64,000 bases of DNA from a virus (IMGVR_UViG_2524614578_000001:1-64000); one strand, 5' to 3'. Shown: positions 1 through 10,072, counted from the stretch's first letter. A program made the numbers and translations. The notes: generated by a model from the letters alone, not told the origin.

Positions 1-1245
1 TCACGAGACGGCACGCAGGTGCCGAGTCGGCTCTATAGCCGCACGCACCTTCTCCAACGAGTCCTCACTGCCGTGCGTGTACAGCCAAGTGACGCGGCCA
101 CCTCGCTCCTGACCGAGGATCAACTGCACGTCCTTCTCAGAGACGCCAGCCGCGTGCAGCCGCGTAGCGAGGGCATGCCGGTAGTCGTGGACCCGGGGCC
201 ACCATTCCTTCCGCTCGGTCTCGGGGCTGACGACCATGCGTGCGATGCCTGCCTTCTGGATCGCCGGGATCCACAGGCGCCGGAAGTTGTTGCGGTTCAG
301 CACCGCGCCCTGCGGGCCGCGGAATACGAGCTCCTCGACCGCCATGCCGTCCGCAGGCGTCGACGTGCCGGGCGTGCGGCCGAAGACATCCTCCATCGCC
401 TTCAACGCATCCATGGCCTTGCCGCTCAACGGCACGGTACGGAACCCGGCCGTCGTCTTGGGCATGGCTTGCCGGACGAGCCGGCCGTGGTCGTCGACGA
501 CGATCTCGCGTACGGACGCGGTCGCGTTCTCGTGGTCGATGTGCTGCCAGCGCAGCGCCGTGTACTCGCCCCACCGCATGCCGGACTCCTGCGCGAAGTC
601 CACCAGTGGTCGGTAGAAGGCGGGCAGGTGACTGCGCACCAGCTCGTACTGCCCCAATGTCGGCGGACGCAAGTCATCGGGGTGCTTGGCCGGCGGCTCG
701 GCAGTCGCGACGACCTCGTCGGCCGGGTTGAAGGGTAGGCGCCGGTCGAGCACTGCGGATTGCAGGATGCTGCGCAGGAGCTGGATGACCTTCGTCTGGG
801 TGGCGTGGCCCTTTACCTCGTTGGTGATCCAGCCCTGGATCTCCATGTACGTCAAGCTGATGAGCTTGCGTTGGCCCCACTTCGGCTCGATGTGCGTCCG
901 CCACTGGCTTTCCTTGTGGTTCCGCGTGCCGGTGCGGCCCTTGGAGTGCGCGGGCCACCACTCCCCCCACCACTGGGTAACGGTGATGTCGCCGCGGGCG
1001 GTATCCAGGTAGGTGCCATGCCGCACTCGGGAGCGGACGTCATCGAGGTGCGCGAGGGCGTCGCTCTTGCGGTCGAAGTTCCGTGCCTTCTGCCGCCCTT
1101 CGGGGTCGCGCCAGCGTGCCTGCCAAGGACCAACGCAGTCGCGGCGGGGGCGGCGCTCGGGCTCGGGGTGCGCCTCCAGGCAGGGTGCGCATCCGCATGT
1201 CTTCGACCGGATCTGCCGAGGGTTGTTGCTCGGCCTGCGTGCCAC
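1..1245 (-). CDS. int: Tyrosine recombinase/integrase
   Basis: Catalytic motifs MRWGEY (R), HDYRH (HxxR), LGQ and TWLYTH (Y); N-terminal WQARWRDPEG arm-binding region preceded by a CGCAPC motif. Confidence 0.93.
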   Translation of the reverse strand: MARRPSNNPRQIRSKTCGCAPCLEAHPEPERRPRRDCVGPWQARWRDPEGRQKARNFDRKSDALAHLDDVRSRVRHGTYLDTARGDITVTQWWGEWWPAHSKGRTGTRNHKESQWRTHIEPKWGQRKLISLTYMEIQGWITNEVKGHATQTKVIQLLRSILQSAVLDRRLPFNPADEVVATAEPPAKHPDDLRPPTLGQYELVRSHLPAFYRPLVDFAQESGMRWGEYTALRWQHIDHENATASVREIVVDDHGRLVRQAMPKTTAGFRTVPLSGKAMDALKAMEDVFGRTPGTSTPADGMAVEELVFRGPQGAVLNRNNFRRLWIPAIQKAGIARMVVSPETERKEWWPRVHDYRHALATRLHAAGVSEKDVQLILGQERGGRVTWLYTHGSEDSLEKVRAAIEPTRHLRAVS

Positions 1246-1257
1246 GCCGTGGTCACC

Positions 1258-1485
1258 TCATTCGCTCGGGGAGCGCTGTGCGGGGATGCGCTCCCGGGGG
1301 TCTACCGGGGCGCCGCACCAGCAGACTGCACCGTAGTAGGGCTGTCTGACACCGAGTTCGGTGAGCACGGCCCGCACGGCTATGAGGCTTCGTGTTTCGT
1401 CGAGCGAGCTCGGTATGCAGACAGCCTTGGTCGACGGGTCCCACGGGTCTGTGACGACTGAGGCGCGCTGTACGCGGACACACAT
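1258..1485 (-). CDS. Small hypothetical protein between repressor and integrase (C-terminal CWCG)
   Basis: ATG at 1485 preceded by a GGGGG RBS-like run; the ORF track extends it to 1611. Confidence 0.5.
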   Translation of the reverse strand: MCVRVQRASVVTDPWDPSTKAVCIPSSLDETRSLIAVRAVLTELGVRQPYYGAVCWCGAPVDPRERIPAQRSPSE

Positions 1486-1638
1486 AAGTCCCCCATTGAG
1501 GATGTGGCAACCAGATGTGTCTTGTGCCGACGGGGGAGGTTTGTGCATCGGCGTCCCCAAAAGGTACCGCTCTGGGGTGGCTTGGAAACACCGCATAAGA
1601 AACAGACTCACCAGTCGGTTACCGATGGTGAGGCCCTG

Positions 1639-2043
1639 TCATGAGCTTCGCGGGCCGCCGCCCTGCCTGTTGATCTCTACTACTGCGCGCACCTGTGCCT
1701 CCATCGAGGCTTGCTGCTCCTCCGTCAACTCGTCGAAGAGGTTAAGCAGCCTCTCCTTCGCGTCCGGAGTGAGAGGTGCGGGCGGCAGGCGGCGGGCGGC
1801 GGCGAAGACGCGTTTCTCGGGGAACTTGGGGAACTCCGAGGAGATCTTGCGGAGGGTGGCGGGGTTGGGGCCCCGGCCCGATCCGCGGCGCCGGTTCGTC
1901 CAGTTGTTGACGGTGGAGGCGTGCACGCCGAGGCGACGCGCGACTTCCGACTCGTTGATGTCGTACGCCTCGCGGATGGCTGCGATGAGCTGGGCGAGGT
2001 CTTCGTCTGGTGCGCCGCGGTTGGCCCGGTCCTGGTTACCCAC
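1639..2043 (-). CDS. XRE-family HTH immunity repressor
   Basis: SEVARRLGVHASTVNNW HTH; divergent from a cro-like gene, next to the integrase. Confidence 0.85.
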   Translation of the reverse strand: MGNQDRANRGAPDEDLAQLIAAIREAYDINESEVARRLGVHASTVNNWTNRRRGSGRGPNPATLRKISSEFPKFPEKRVFAAARRLPPAPLTPDAKERLLNLFDELTEEQQASMEAQVRAVVEINRQGGGPRSS

Positions 2044-2065
2044 GGGGTAAGCATCCCGGATCGAC

Positions 2066-2091
2066 TTCTACTTTCACAAGTCAAAGTAGAA
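2066..2091. promoter_or_regulatory. Inverted repeat TTCTACTTT-N8-AAAGTAGAA, candidate operator in the immunity region
   Basis: Perfect 9-bp AT-rich arms just upstream of the repressor start. Confidence 0.6.
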
Positions 2092-2172
2092 ACGCGGCGC
2101 GAACACGGCAGGAATCAGCCACTCCCCGAAACTCCCCCAGGACTCCGGGAACCTCCCTTGCGCTCCCTTCGT

Positions 2173-2195
2173 CTGTGACTGTATAACTGTCACAG
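2173..2195. promoter_or_regulatory. Inverted repeat CTGTGAC-N9-GTCACAG enclosing TATAAC, candidate operator/early promoter
   Basis: Read directly; about 50 bp upstream of the cro-like gene. Confidence 0.6.
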
Positions 2196-2243
2196 CGGCA
2201 CTTCATCGAAGGGCCGGCTACCCCCCAGAAAGACGAGGCGCAG

Positions 2244-2552
2244 ATGCCTGAACTGCTCCGCAAGGGCGACGGTCAACCCATACGGACGGCCATGCATCGA
2301 GCCGGGCTCACCGGTCCCGCACTCGCCGAAGCCACCAAGCACGTCGACGACACCGGCAAAGGCATCAGCCCCGCCACCGTCGGCAAGCTGTCCGGTACCG
2401 GCAAGAGCGCCCGGGGAACCACCCGGCTCCGCACCGCCTGGCTCATGGCCACAGCCCTTCGGACGCCCCTCCAGGAGCTCTTCTATTTGCCTGGAGTTTC
2501 GCCTGTGACTGAAGAAAGGTCAACATCAGATGGCAGTGAAGACGCTCGCTGA
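2244..2552 (+). CDS. Cro-like HTH regulator
   Basis: Divergent from the repressor; GISPATVGKL HTH and LRTPLQELF XRE-type end. Confidence 0.75.
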   Translation: MPELLRKGDGQPIRTAMHRAGLTGPALAEATKHVDDTGKGISPATVGKLSGTGKSARGTTRLRTAWLMATALRTPLQELFYLPGVSPVTEERSTSDGSEDAR

Positions 2553-2760
2553 GCGGCAGGCCGAGCTTCCCCCCGGTCTCTCGCCGCTCCTCACCTCCGC
2601 CCAGTTGGAGGCGTACTTCGGCGTGTCCGACTGGACCGTCAAGCAGTGGGTCAACCGGGGCTGCCCGGTGGAGCCCACCCCGTTCCGCGGCAGGCGCTTC
2701 GACCTGGACCGCGTGAAGGACTGGATCAAGGAAGAGGCCGACAAGCAGGCAGTTGCCTGA
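2530..2760 (+). CDS. Excisionase-like winged-HTH protein
   Basis: LLTSAQLEAYFGVSDWTVKQW...RRFDLDRVKDW, typical Xis/HTH_17 pattern. Confidence 0.75.
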   Translation: MAVKTLAERQAELPPGLSPLLTSAQLEAYFGVSDWTVKQWVNRGCPVEPTPFRGRRFDLDRVKDWIKEEADKQAVA

Positions 2761-2848
2761 CGACCCGCCACATGCAGGCGGGGCCGCCGGACGACACCCG
2801 ACGACCCCCTGCTGACCCACCTCACCAACCACTCAGAGAGGCAAGGTC

Positions 2849-3262
2849 ATGACCTACGAGCCTACCGACAAGGACCGTTCGGCTCTCATGCGTGCGCTCG
2901 CCGCCGCCGAACAGGTCGCCGCCCGGATTCCGCACCTGCCGCGCGACATCAAGACCGCCTGGGATTACCGGGGCGGCTACTCCCTCGACCTGTACTTCCA
3001 CCGCGGGTCGGCCAACGTTGGCTCCTTCGCCCACGAGTTCGGGGTCGAGGTCACGGCGCACCCGCATGGCGACAACGTCGAGAAGACGTTCACCGAGGCG
3101 CATGCCGTGGTGGACGGGATAGCCGTCCGGGCCTGGTCGCTGGACGACACGGTGTTCCTGGAGGGGCTGACGGCCGAGTGGAAGCACCAGCTCAACGACC
3201 CGGCTGAGCCGCCGTATGCGGGTGCCTGCCTGCCTGTGGCCACCGAGGCGGTGCCCGCATGA
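2849..3262 (+). CDS. Hypothetical early protein
   Basis: RBS, GC-rich third codon positions, ATGA overlap with the next gene. Confidence 0.7.
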   Translation: MTYEPTDKDRSALMRALAAAEQVAARIPHLPRDIKTAWDYRGGYSLDLYFHRGSANVGSFAHEFGVEVTAHPHGDNVEKTFTEAHAVVDGIAVRAWSLDDTVFLEGLTAEWKHQLNDPAEPPYAGACLPVATEAVPA

Positions 3263-3819
3263 GCGCCCCGCTGACACCCGACGACCGGCGCGACATGGGC
3301 CCTGTCAACCTGCGCGGCCGACAGACCCGGACCAACGCAGACAACGACCGGCGCGACAGCGAGACGGACGAGATTCCCGAGCAGTGCGCCGAGTGCGGCG
3401 CATGGACCGGCCACCTGTACCGGGGTTGCCCTGGGATCGACCGGCGCGACAGCGAGCAGCGAGAGGCACGGTTGGTCGCCGGAATGGACTTGACGACGGG
3501 CACCTACGCCGCTGACGACCGGCGCGACAGCGAGTGCCCGCAGTGCGACGACAGCGGAGCGTGCAACGGCGGACCCTGCCCGCTGATCGACCGGCGCGAC
3601 CGCATCGCGGAAGCTCTCGCCGTGGCGGAGCAGGAGAACACCCGCCTGCGCGCCGAGTTGGCGGCCCGCCCCACCCGCACCTCCGTCCTGCGAGGGGTGG
3701 CGGACCTCTGGTTGGAGCGGTCTACGACCGTCTCGCTCCCGCGTGAGCGGATGGATCTCCGCTACCGGGCCGCCGAACTGCGCGACATGGCTGACGCCGC
3801 TGAGCGGGGTGAGTCGTGA
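3259..3819 (+). CDS. Hypothetical protein with five DRRD repeats and two CxxC segments
   Basis: Translationally coupled ORF; repeats described in findings. Confidence 0.7.
   Translation: MSAPLTPDDRRDMGPVNLRGRQTRTNADNDRRDSETDEIPEQCAECGAWTGHLYRGCPGIDRRDSEQREARLVAGMDLTTGTYAADDRRDSECPQCDDSGACNGGPCPLIDRRDRIAEALAVAEQENTRLRAELAARPTRTSVLRGVADLWLERSTTVSLPRERMDLRYRAAELRDMADAAERGES
3282..3600 (+). repeat. Five exact copies of CGACCGGCGCGAC with unique in-frame spacers
   Basis: Copies start at 3282, 3345, 3438, 3516 and 3588; the middle three extend to CGACCGGCGCGACAGCGAG. Confidence 0.9.
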
Positions 3820-5142
3820 TGACTGCCAGCTTCAGCGCCACCGAGCGCACCGCGATCCAAGTCGGGAAGACGGCGCTGCGAACCAGCGCGCACCCGTGCT
3901 CCGACATCGTCGAGCAAGTCGTCGCCGCCCTGTCCGATGCGGGCCTCCTCGCGGCAGAAGCGCCCGCCGACACCGCGGTTGAGCCGCACCGCGCGCTCGC
4001 CCTCCCGGACGGGGGCGCGTCATGACCGTCGCCATCCCCGCCAACCCGAAGGCCGCCGAGGCCGAGCGCGTCATCCGCACCCTCGTCGAGGACTACCCGG
4101 AGGATCTGGCCGAACTGCTCGACGCCGCAGCATCCGCCAACTTCCAGACGTCGCACGGCAACGACGACGCCCACTCGGTGCACGAGCGCGACGCGCTCGT
4201 GCAGCAGCTCGCCGAAGCGGTGAGCAGGTCATGACCCCCGCCGAGCAGGCCATCGAGGATCTCGTGGCGGGCCGGAAACTGTCCCGCCGCGCGGCCGAGC
4301 AGCTCAACCAGGACGCCGACGCGATCGCCCACGGCGACCCTCTGCGAGGTGCGGCATGAACACGCCCGCGGACGGCACCGAGTTCGTCGAGTACGGCATC
4401 GCCGGCCTCCCCAACAAGGAGATTGCCGACCGCACCACGAACGACTTCTACGCCCGCGCACGGCTCGCCACCTACCAGCAGTGCTGGCCGTCGGCCTACC
4501 TCGTGACCCGCACCGTGCGCGCCAGCGCATGGGAGCGGGCGCAGGACGGGGGCCGGTCGTGAAGCGCCGTATCCAAACCGACCACATGCAGGTCGCAGGC
4601 AACTGCCGTCAGCAGCCCGGCGAATGGCAGCACGTCCGCGCCGTCGCCACCGACGACTACGGCCGCAAAGAGGTGTGGCGCATCGAGGGCACCTACCGGC
4701 TCGCGGCATACGAGCCGGCGGGGGCGTTCGAGGCCCGCACCCGGCAGCGCGACATGGACACCGCTGTCGAGGCCCGCTGGCTCGGCCCCGACGTCGAGCA
4801 CCGCCTGCGCCGCACGGCCAACACCACAGACACCACGACGACCCGCACCGGAGGTGCGTCATGAGCACAGTCGACACCCGATTCGATGCGCCCGCGCCGG
4901 ACGTCCTGCGCACCGCTAAGTCCCGTGCCGCCTTCGCTGACGCGCTCCGCGGACGGCCCGGCGAGTGGGCGCTTCTCGGCCAGCAGACCACCCGCGGCAC
5001 CGCCGGGCAGGACGCCTACGAGATTCGCCGTGGGCTGCGGCCGGCAAACGCCGGCTTCACCGCCGGGGAGTTCGAGGCCGAGGCGAAGACGCTGTTCGGC
5101 GAGCACCGCGTGTACGTCCGCTACGTCGGCGGTGCGCGATGA
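3816..5142 (+). other. Run of six small coupled early CDSs: 3816-4025, 4022-4234, 4231-4359, 4356-4562, 4559-4864, 4861-5142
   Basis: Successive ATGA/GTGA stop-start overlaps; no recognisable family. Confidence 0.65.
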
Positions 5143-6047
5143 CGGTCACCGCCGTGCAGGCCGGGGTCGAGGCCCCGGCCGTCGGGCCGGTCGTCACCGA
5201 GCCCGGCGTCTACCAGATGACCGCAGACGAATATCACGCCGACCCCGTCCCGGGCGGCAGCCTCTCGTCCACCGGTGCCCGCAAGCTGTTGCCGCCGTCC
5301 TGCCCCGCGCTGTTCCGATACGAGCAGGACCATGGCCGCGCACCGAAGAAGACGTTCGACCTGGGGCACGCCGCTCACAAGCTCGTGCTCGGCGACGGAC
5401 CCGACATCGAGGTCGTCGAAGGCGCCCGCTGGGACACCACCGTCGCCAAGTCGCAGGTCGCCGAGATCCGTGCCCGCGGCGGCATCCCGCTCAAGCAGCA
5501 CGAGTACGAGCAGGTTCAGGCGATGGCCGACGCGCTTCGCCAGCACCCCGTCGCCAGCGCCCTGTTCGACCCGGCCCGCGGCGGCAAGCCCGAGCAGGCC
5601 CTGTTCTGGCGGGACCCGCAGACCGGCGTCATGTGCCGGGCGCTCCTCGACTGGCTGCCGCCGCACATCGACGGCCGCCGCCTGATCATCCCCGACTACA
5701 AGACGACCAACGACGCCTCACCCGAGGCCGTCCAGAAGTCCGTGGCCAGCTACGGCTACAACCAGCAAGACGCCTGGTACCGCATGGGCGTCGAAGCCCT
5801 CGGACTCGGCGGCCGGGACACGGTGTTCGTCTTCGTCTTCCAAGAGAAGACGGCGCCCTACCTGGTGACCGTCGTCGAGCTGGACGCCGTCGCGCGCCGT
5901 ATCGGCGCCGCGAAGAACCGGGTCGCCCTCCACACCTACCGCGAATGCGTCGAGACCGGCCGCTGGCCTGGCTACCGCGACGACATCGCCCTCCTGCCCC
6001 TGCCCGCATGGGCCGAGAAGCGCGACGAAGAGGAGTACCTCGGATGA
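5139..6047 (+). CDS. RecE-like PD-(D/E)xK exonuclease (DUF3799-like)
   Basis: YHADP..SLSSTGAR, GHAAHKLVLG, EQALFW, RALLDW, PDYKTT, YNQQDAWY. Confidence 0.85.
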   Translation: MTVTAVQAGVEAPAVGPVVTEPGVYQMTADEYHADPVPGGSLSSTGARKLLPPSCPALFRYEQDHGRAPKKTFDLGHAAHKLVLGDGPDIEVVEGARWDTTVAKSQVAEIRARGGIPLKQHEYEQVQAMADALRQHPVASALFDPARGGKPEQALFWRDPQTGVMCRALLDWLPPHIDGRRLIIPDYKTTNDASPEAVQKSVASYGYNQQDAWYRMGVEALGLGGRDTVFVFVFQEKTAPYLVTVVELDAVARRIGAAKNRVALHTYRECVETGRWPGYRDDIALLPLPAWAEKRDEEEYLG

Positions 6048-6868
6048 ACCAGCCTGAGCACTACAGCAACCCCGCCGCCGCACCGGCAAGGGTCGGCCAG
6101 GGCACCGCCGTTGAGCAGTCCCGCGCCGCCGCCGAGGTGCAGGCAGCCGTCGTCGTCGCCCAGCAGTGCCCCCGCAACATCACCTCCGCCATCGCCGAGA
6201 TGGAGCAGGTGTGCGCGCAGAAGGCCCTGGCCGACAAGGCGTTCTACAGCTTCCCCCGCGGCGGACAGACCGTATCCGGCCCGTCCGTGTTCCTCGCCCG
6301 CGAACTGGCCCGCTGCTGGGGCAACGTCCAGTACGGCCTCGTCGAGATGCGCCGCGACGACGTATACGGCGAGAGCGAGATGCAGGCGTTCGCATGGGAC
6401 GTCGAGAAGAACAGCCGCGTCTCCAACACGTTCATCGTGCCGCACAAGCGGGACACGAAGAAGGGCACGCAGAAGCTCACCGACCTGCGGGACATCTACG
6501 AGTCCAACGCCAACAACGGCGCCCGTCGGGTCCGTGAAGCGATCTTCTCGGTGCTGCCGGGCTGGTTCGTCGACCAGGCCATCGCGGTCTGCCGCAAGAC
6601 GCTTTCCGGTGGGGGCGGCGCTCCGCTGCCGCAGCGCATCGCGAACGGCGTGAAGGCGTTCGAGGGCCTGGGCGTCACCGTCGACCGCGTCGAGGCCAAG
6701 CTCGGCCGGCCGTCTACGCGATGGACGGAGCACGACGTGACCGAGCTCGGCATCCTGCACGGCTCGATCGACCGCGGCGAGGTCACCATCGACGAGGCGT
6801 TCCCGCCGCCCGCAGTTACCGCCAGCGAGGTCACCAGCACACCGTCTGCCGCCGGGGGCGGGCAGTGA
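6044..6868 (+). CDS. Probable single-strand annealing recombinase (RecT position)
   Basis: Directly follows the RecE-like gene; YSFPRGGQTVSGPSVFLARELARCWGN pattern. Confidence 0.6.
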   Translation: MNQPEHYSNPAAAPARVGQGTAVEQSRAAAEVQAAVVVAQQCPRNITSAIAEMEQVCAQKALADKAFYSFPRGGQTVSGPSVFLARELARCWGNVQYGLVEMRRDDVYGESEMQAFAWDVEKNSRVSNTFIVPHKRDTKKGTQKLTDLRDIYESNANNGARRVREAIFSVLPGWFVDQAIAVCRKTLSGGGGAPLPQRIANGVKAFEGLGVTVDRVEAKLGRPSTRWTEHDVTELGILHGSIDRGEVTIDEAFPPPAVTASEVTSTPSAAGGGQ

Positions 6869-7377
6869 GTGGCCAGTCCCGGGTCATAGGTGAGGGCGCC
6901 CGCTACGGGCGCCTCACCGTCCTCGCCACCCGACACCCCGGCGAGACCCACGTGCAGTGCCGCTGCGCCTGCGGCACCGAGAAGGCCATCCCGGTCAAGC
7001 AGTGGGGACACACCCAGTCCTGCGGCTGCGCCCACCGCCGCCACGGCTACAGCGGCACCCGCATCTACTGGACCTGGGCCGACATGATCAACCGCTGCAC
7101 CAACCCCACCCACAAGCAGTGGCGGCACTACGGCGGCCGCGGCATCACCGTCTGCCCCCGCTGGCGCGCCTCGTTCGTCAACTTCCTCGCCGACATGGGC
7201 GAGCGCCCGCCCGGGATGAGCCTCGACCGGATCAACAACGACGGCCCCTACACGCCGAGCAACTGCCGCTGGACCGATCACTCCACCCAGTCCAAGAACC
7301 GCCGCCCCCTGGCGTACGCAGGCAACCGCAACGACCCGGCCACCGGCCGCTTCCTCCCCAAGGAGGTGGCGGCATGA
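6865..7377 (+). CDS. HNH homing-type endonuclease
   Basis: YGRLTV..CRCACG, SCGC, YGGRGITVCPRW, SLDRINNDGPYTPSNCRW. Confidence 0.85.
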   Translation: MSGQSRVIGEGARYGRLTVLATRHPGETHVQCRCACGTEKAIPVKQWGHTQSCGCAHRRHGYSGTRIYWTWADMINRCTNPTHKQWRHYGGRGITVCPRWRASFVNFLADMGERPPGMSLDRINNDGPYTPSNCRWTDHSTQSKNRRPLAYAGNRNDPATGRFLPKEVAA

Positions 7378-8087
7378 CCTGGCACACCCAGCGCATGTGC
7401 GGCTTCGACACCGAAACCAACCACCGCGACCCCGAGCAGGCCCGCATCGTCACCGCCTGCATCGTCCACGTCGGCGGCGGCACTGACACGCACGCCACGA
7501 ACTGGCTGTCCGACATCGACGGCGAGGACATCCCCGACGAAGCTGCGGCCATCCACGGCGTCACCACCGAGCATGCCCACGCAACAGGGCAGCCGGCCGC
7601 CGAAGTCACCCAGGAGATCACCGCGCTGCTCCGGGTGACTGCCATGGACGGAGTGCCGGTGGTGGCGATGAACGCCCGCTACGACTTCACGGTCCTCGAC
7701 CGCGAGGCGCGCCGGCACGGCGTCGCCCCACTGGGCGAGCTGCACGTGATCGACCCGTTCGTCCTCGACAAGCACGTCGACCGGTACCGCCGCGGTGGCC
7801 GAACCCTCACCGACCTCTGCACCCACTACCGGGTGCCGCTTGACGGCGCCCACTCGGCCGACGCCGACGCCATCGCGGCCTGCCGCGTCGCCTGGCGTAT
7901 CGCCGAGGCGCACCCGCACATCGCCGCCATGACGCTGCCCGAGCTGCACGCCGCACAGATCGGATGGGCACGGGAGCAGGCCGACAGCCTGGCCGGCTAC
8001 TTCGCCCGCACACCCGGCAAGGAACACCAGGCCGCCGGCGTTCGCGGCGACTGGCCGCTCGTCCCCTTCAAGGAGGTGGCGGTCTGA
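7374..8087 (+). CDS. DnaQ-like DEDDh 3'-5' exonuclease
   Basis: FDTET, MNARYDF and AHSADADA exonuclease motifs. Confidence 0.88.
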   Translation: MTWHTQRMCGFDTETNHRDPEQARIVTACIVHVGGGTDTHATNWLSDIDGEDIPDEAAAIHGVTTEHAHATGQPAAEVTQEITALLRVTAMDGVPVVAMNARYDFTVLDREARRHGVAPLGELHVIDPFVLDKHVDRYRRGGRTLTDLCTHYRVPLDGAHSADADAIAACRVAWRIAEAHPHIAAMTLPELHAAQIGWAREQADSLAGYFARTPGKEHQAAGVRGDWPLVPFKEVAV

Positions 8088-8500
8088 TGTGGAACCAGAA
8101 GGCCCGCCGTATCCGGGACTTGGCGGCCTGGAAGAACACGCTCGTCGACCGCCTCGACGACGCCCGTGAAGAACTCAAGGCCGAGCGCGGCGCCCGCGCC
8201 ATCATCGCCCGCAACTTCCACGCCGCCGACCGAGCCCTCGGCCACGAAGGCGCCAAGAACCGCGGCCTGACAATCCGCCTCGACCGCGCCCTTCGCACCA
8301 TCGCCCGCCTGCGCGCCGACGCCGCCAACCGCGACCGGCTCATCGCCGACCAGCAGCGCCAACTCGACGACCTCCTCGGGCTCAACAGCCCAGCCGTCGA
8401 AGCAGGCGCCACCTGGCAGGAACGCCGCGACGACAAGCGCCCCATGTACCGCAGCCCCATCGACGGCACCACACCCACAGGAGAGGCGGTCGCGCCATGA
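8087..8500 (+). CDS. Hypothetical coiled-coil protein
   Basis: AGGAGG RBS and TGATG coupling. Confidence 0.65.
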   Translation: MWNQKARRIRDLAAWKNTLVDRLDDAREELKAERGARAIIARNFHAADRALGHEGAKNRGLTIRLDRALRTIARLRADAANRDRLIADQQRQLDDLLGLNSPAVEAGATWQERRDDKRPMYRSPIDGTTPTGEAVAP

Positions 8501-8614
8501 ACCTCGCCATCGCCATCGCACTCGGCGTCGCCGCATCCGGCGGCACCTACGCGCTCCTCGCACTCCGCGAAGCCGCCGCCACCTACCGGCACCACAACAC
8601 CACCACGAAAGGAG

Positions 8615-8866
8615 ATGGCCGTGTTCGCTGACATCGCCTGGCTCATCGCTGCCGCGGTCATCATCGACGGCTTCATCATCGGCCTGCTCGCCGCCGCGGC
8701 CGTGTGGGTCGTCGTGCTCGCCGTCCGGCTGGTGCGCCGCACAAGGGCCCGACGCTACGTCACCGTGCCCATCGTCGACATCGACCGCGACGGCGCCATC
8801 CGCCTCGCCGCCGACACCATGCACCGCAGCCTCACCGCCGCCGTGCAGGCCGGAGGCAAGCGATGA
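8615..8866 (+). CDS. Small membrane protein
   Basis: Hydrophobic N-terminus; AAGGAG RBS. Confidence 0.55.
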   Translation: MAVFADIAWLIAAAVIIDGFIIGLLAAAAVWVVVLAVRLVRRTRARRYVTVPIVDIDRDGAIRLAADTMHRSLTAAVQAGGKR

Positions 8867-9345
8867 CCACCACCGCCGCGCCGGTGCCCGCCCCGCCCGT
8901 TGTTCCCGGACTCGTCCGCCGCTACTACCGCGTCGCCCTGCCCGCCGGCATGACGCTCCTCAACGCCAACTCCCGCAAGCACAACAAGGCCAAGATGCGC
9001 GACGTTCAAGCCCTGCGCGACGCCGCCACACTCACGGCCCTCGGAGACAGCAGCCTCAACCGGGCCATTCGCAGCGCCAAGCCCGAACCGGTACTGGAAC
9101 GGGCCTGGATCTTCGGCGTCGTCCACTCCCCGCGGAACATCCGCCTCGACCCCACGAACTACTACCCGTCGTTCAAGGCCGCCGTCGACGGCATCGTCCG
9201 CGCCGGAGTCATCTCAGACGACGACGACAAGCACGTCCTCGGCCCCGACATGCGTCGCGGCCCCCGCACCCCCGGCTGGCAGATCGTCCTCCATATCTAC
9301 GAGGCGTACCCCGCCGACTGGTACGACGCGGAGGTGGCGGCATGA
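8863..9345 (+). CDS. RusA-like Holliday junction resolvase
   Basis: LLNANSR.H, RLDPTNYYPSFKAAVDGIV.AGVISDDD. Confidence 0.75.
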   Translation: MTTTAAPVPAPPVVPGLVRRYYRVALPAGMTLLNANSRKHNKAKMRDVQALRDAATLTALGDSSLNRAIRSAKPEPVLERAWIFGVVHSPRNIRLDPTNYYPSFKAAVDGIVRAGVISDDDDKHVLGPDMRRGPRTPGWQIVLHIYEAYPADWYDAEVAA

Positions 9346-9746
9346 GCACCGCGCCCGCCCCCGTCCGTCGATGGACGGACCTGGCCGCCTGCCGGGGCCA
9401 CGACGACGTCATGTTCCCGCACGACGAAGACGACGAAGCGCGCACAGCACCCGGCAAGGCGCTGTGCGCCGACTGCCCCGCCCGGCCCGAATGCCTCGAC
9501 GACGCCATGCAGGCGGAGAACGGCGACGGCCGCAACAAGCGGCACGGCATCCGCGGCGGGCTCACCGGCGCCGAACGATGGCGCCGCGACCGAGTCCGCA
9601 TCGACAAGCCCACCCCCGACCGCCACGGCGGACGGCAACGCGCCGCATGCGGCACACCCGAAGCCGCCGCACGACACCGCCGCTACAAGGAAGCCCTCTG
9701 CGACGCCTGCAAAGCCGCCGCAGACACCGCACAGGAGGGGTCATGA
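9342..9746 (+). CDS. whiB: WhiB-family Fe-S regulator with a C-terminal Cys/His extension
   Basis: AACRG...ALCADCPARPECL...GIRGGLTGAER. Confidence 0.88.
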   Translation: MSTAPAPVRRWTDLAACRGHDDVMFPHDEDDEARTAPGKALCADCPARPECLDDAMQAENGDGRNKRHGIRGGLTGAERWRRDRVRIDKPTPDRHGGRQRAACGTPEAAARHRRYKEALCDACKAAADTAQEGS

Positions 9747-10072
9747 CACCCGCATCCGCATCCCGCACCCTCACCGGACGCCTCGAACGGCGCCTCGACT
9801 GGCACGACCTCGGCACCTGCCGCGAAGACGGCCGCGACCCCGCCATGTGGGAAGCCGACTACGGCAAGAAGGCCCGGCAGGCACGGGCCCTGTGCTGGCT
9901 GCACTGCCCCGTCCGCGTCCGCTGCCTCATGTACACGCTCGAACAGGAAGCCGGCGACCTGCCCCGCTACCGGTTCGGCGTCGCCGGCGGCCTCAACAAG
10001 CGGGAACGCGCCGAGCTCGACCGCGGGCTGCGTGAGCGCCGCGAAGCTCGCACCGAGAAGGCCGCGGCGTGA
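9743..10072 (+). CDS. whiB: Second WhiB-family regulator
   Basis: GTCRE...ALCWLHCPVRVRCL...FGVAGGLNKRER. Confidence 0.85.
   Translation: MTPASASRTLTGRLERRLDWHDLGTCREDGRDPAMWEADYGKKARQARALCWLHCPVRVRCLMYTLEQEAGDLPRYRFGVAGGLNKRERAELDRGLRERREARTEKAAA

Noticed and set aside
3282-3600. CRISPR array
   Set aside because: Repeats are only 13-19 bp, spacing is uneven and always in frame within a coupled CDS, and there are no cas genes; kept as an intragenic repeat.
6865-7377. Self-splicing intron around the HNH gene
   Set aside because: The HNH gene is coupled by 4-bp overlaps to intact neighbours, leaving no room for intron structure; it is free-standing.
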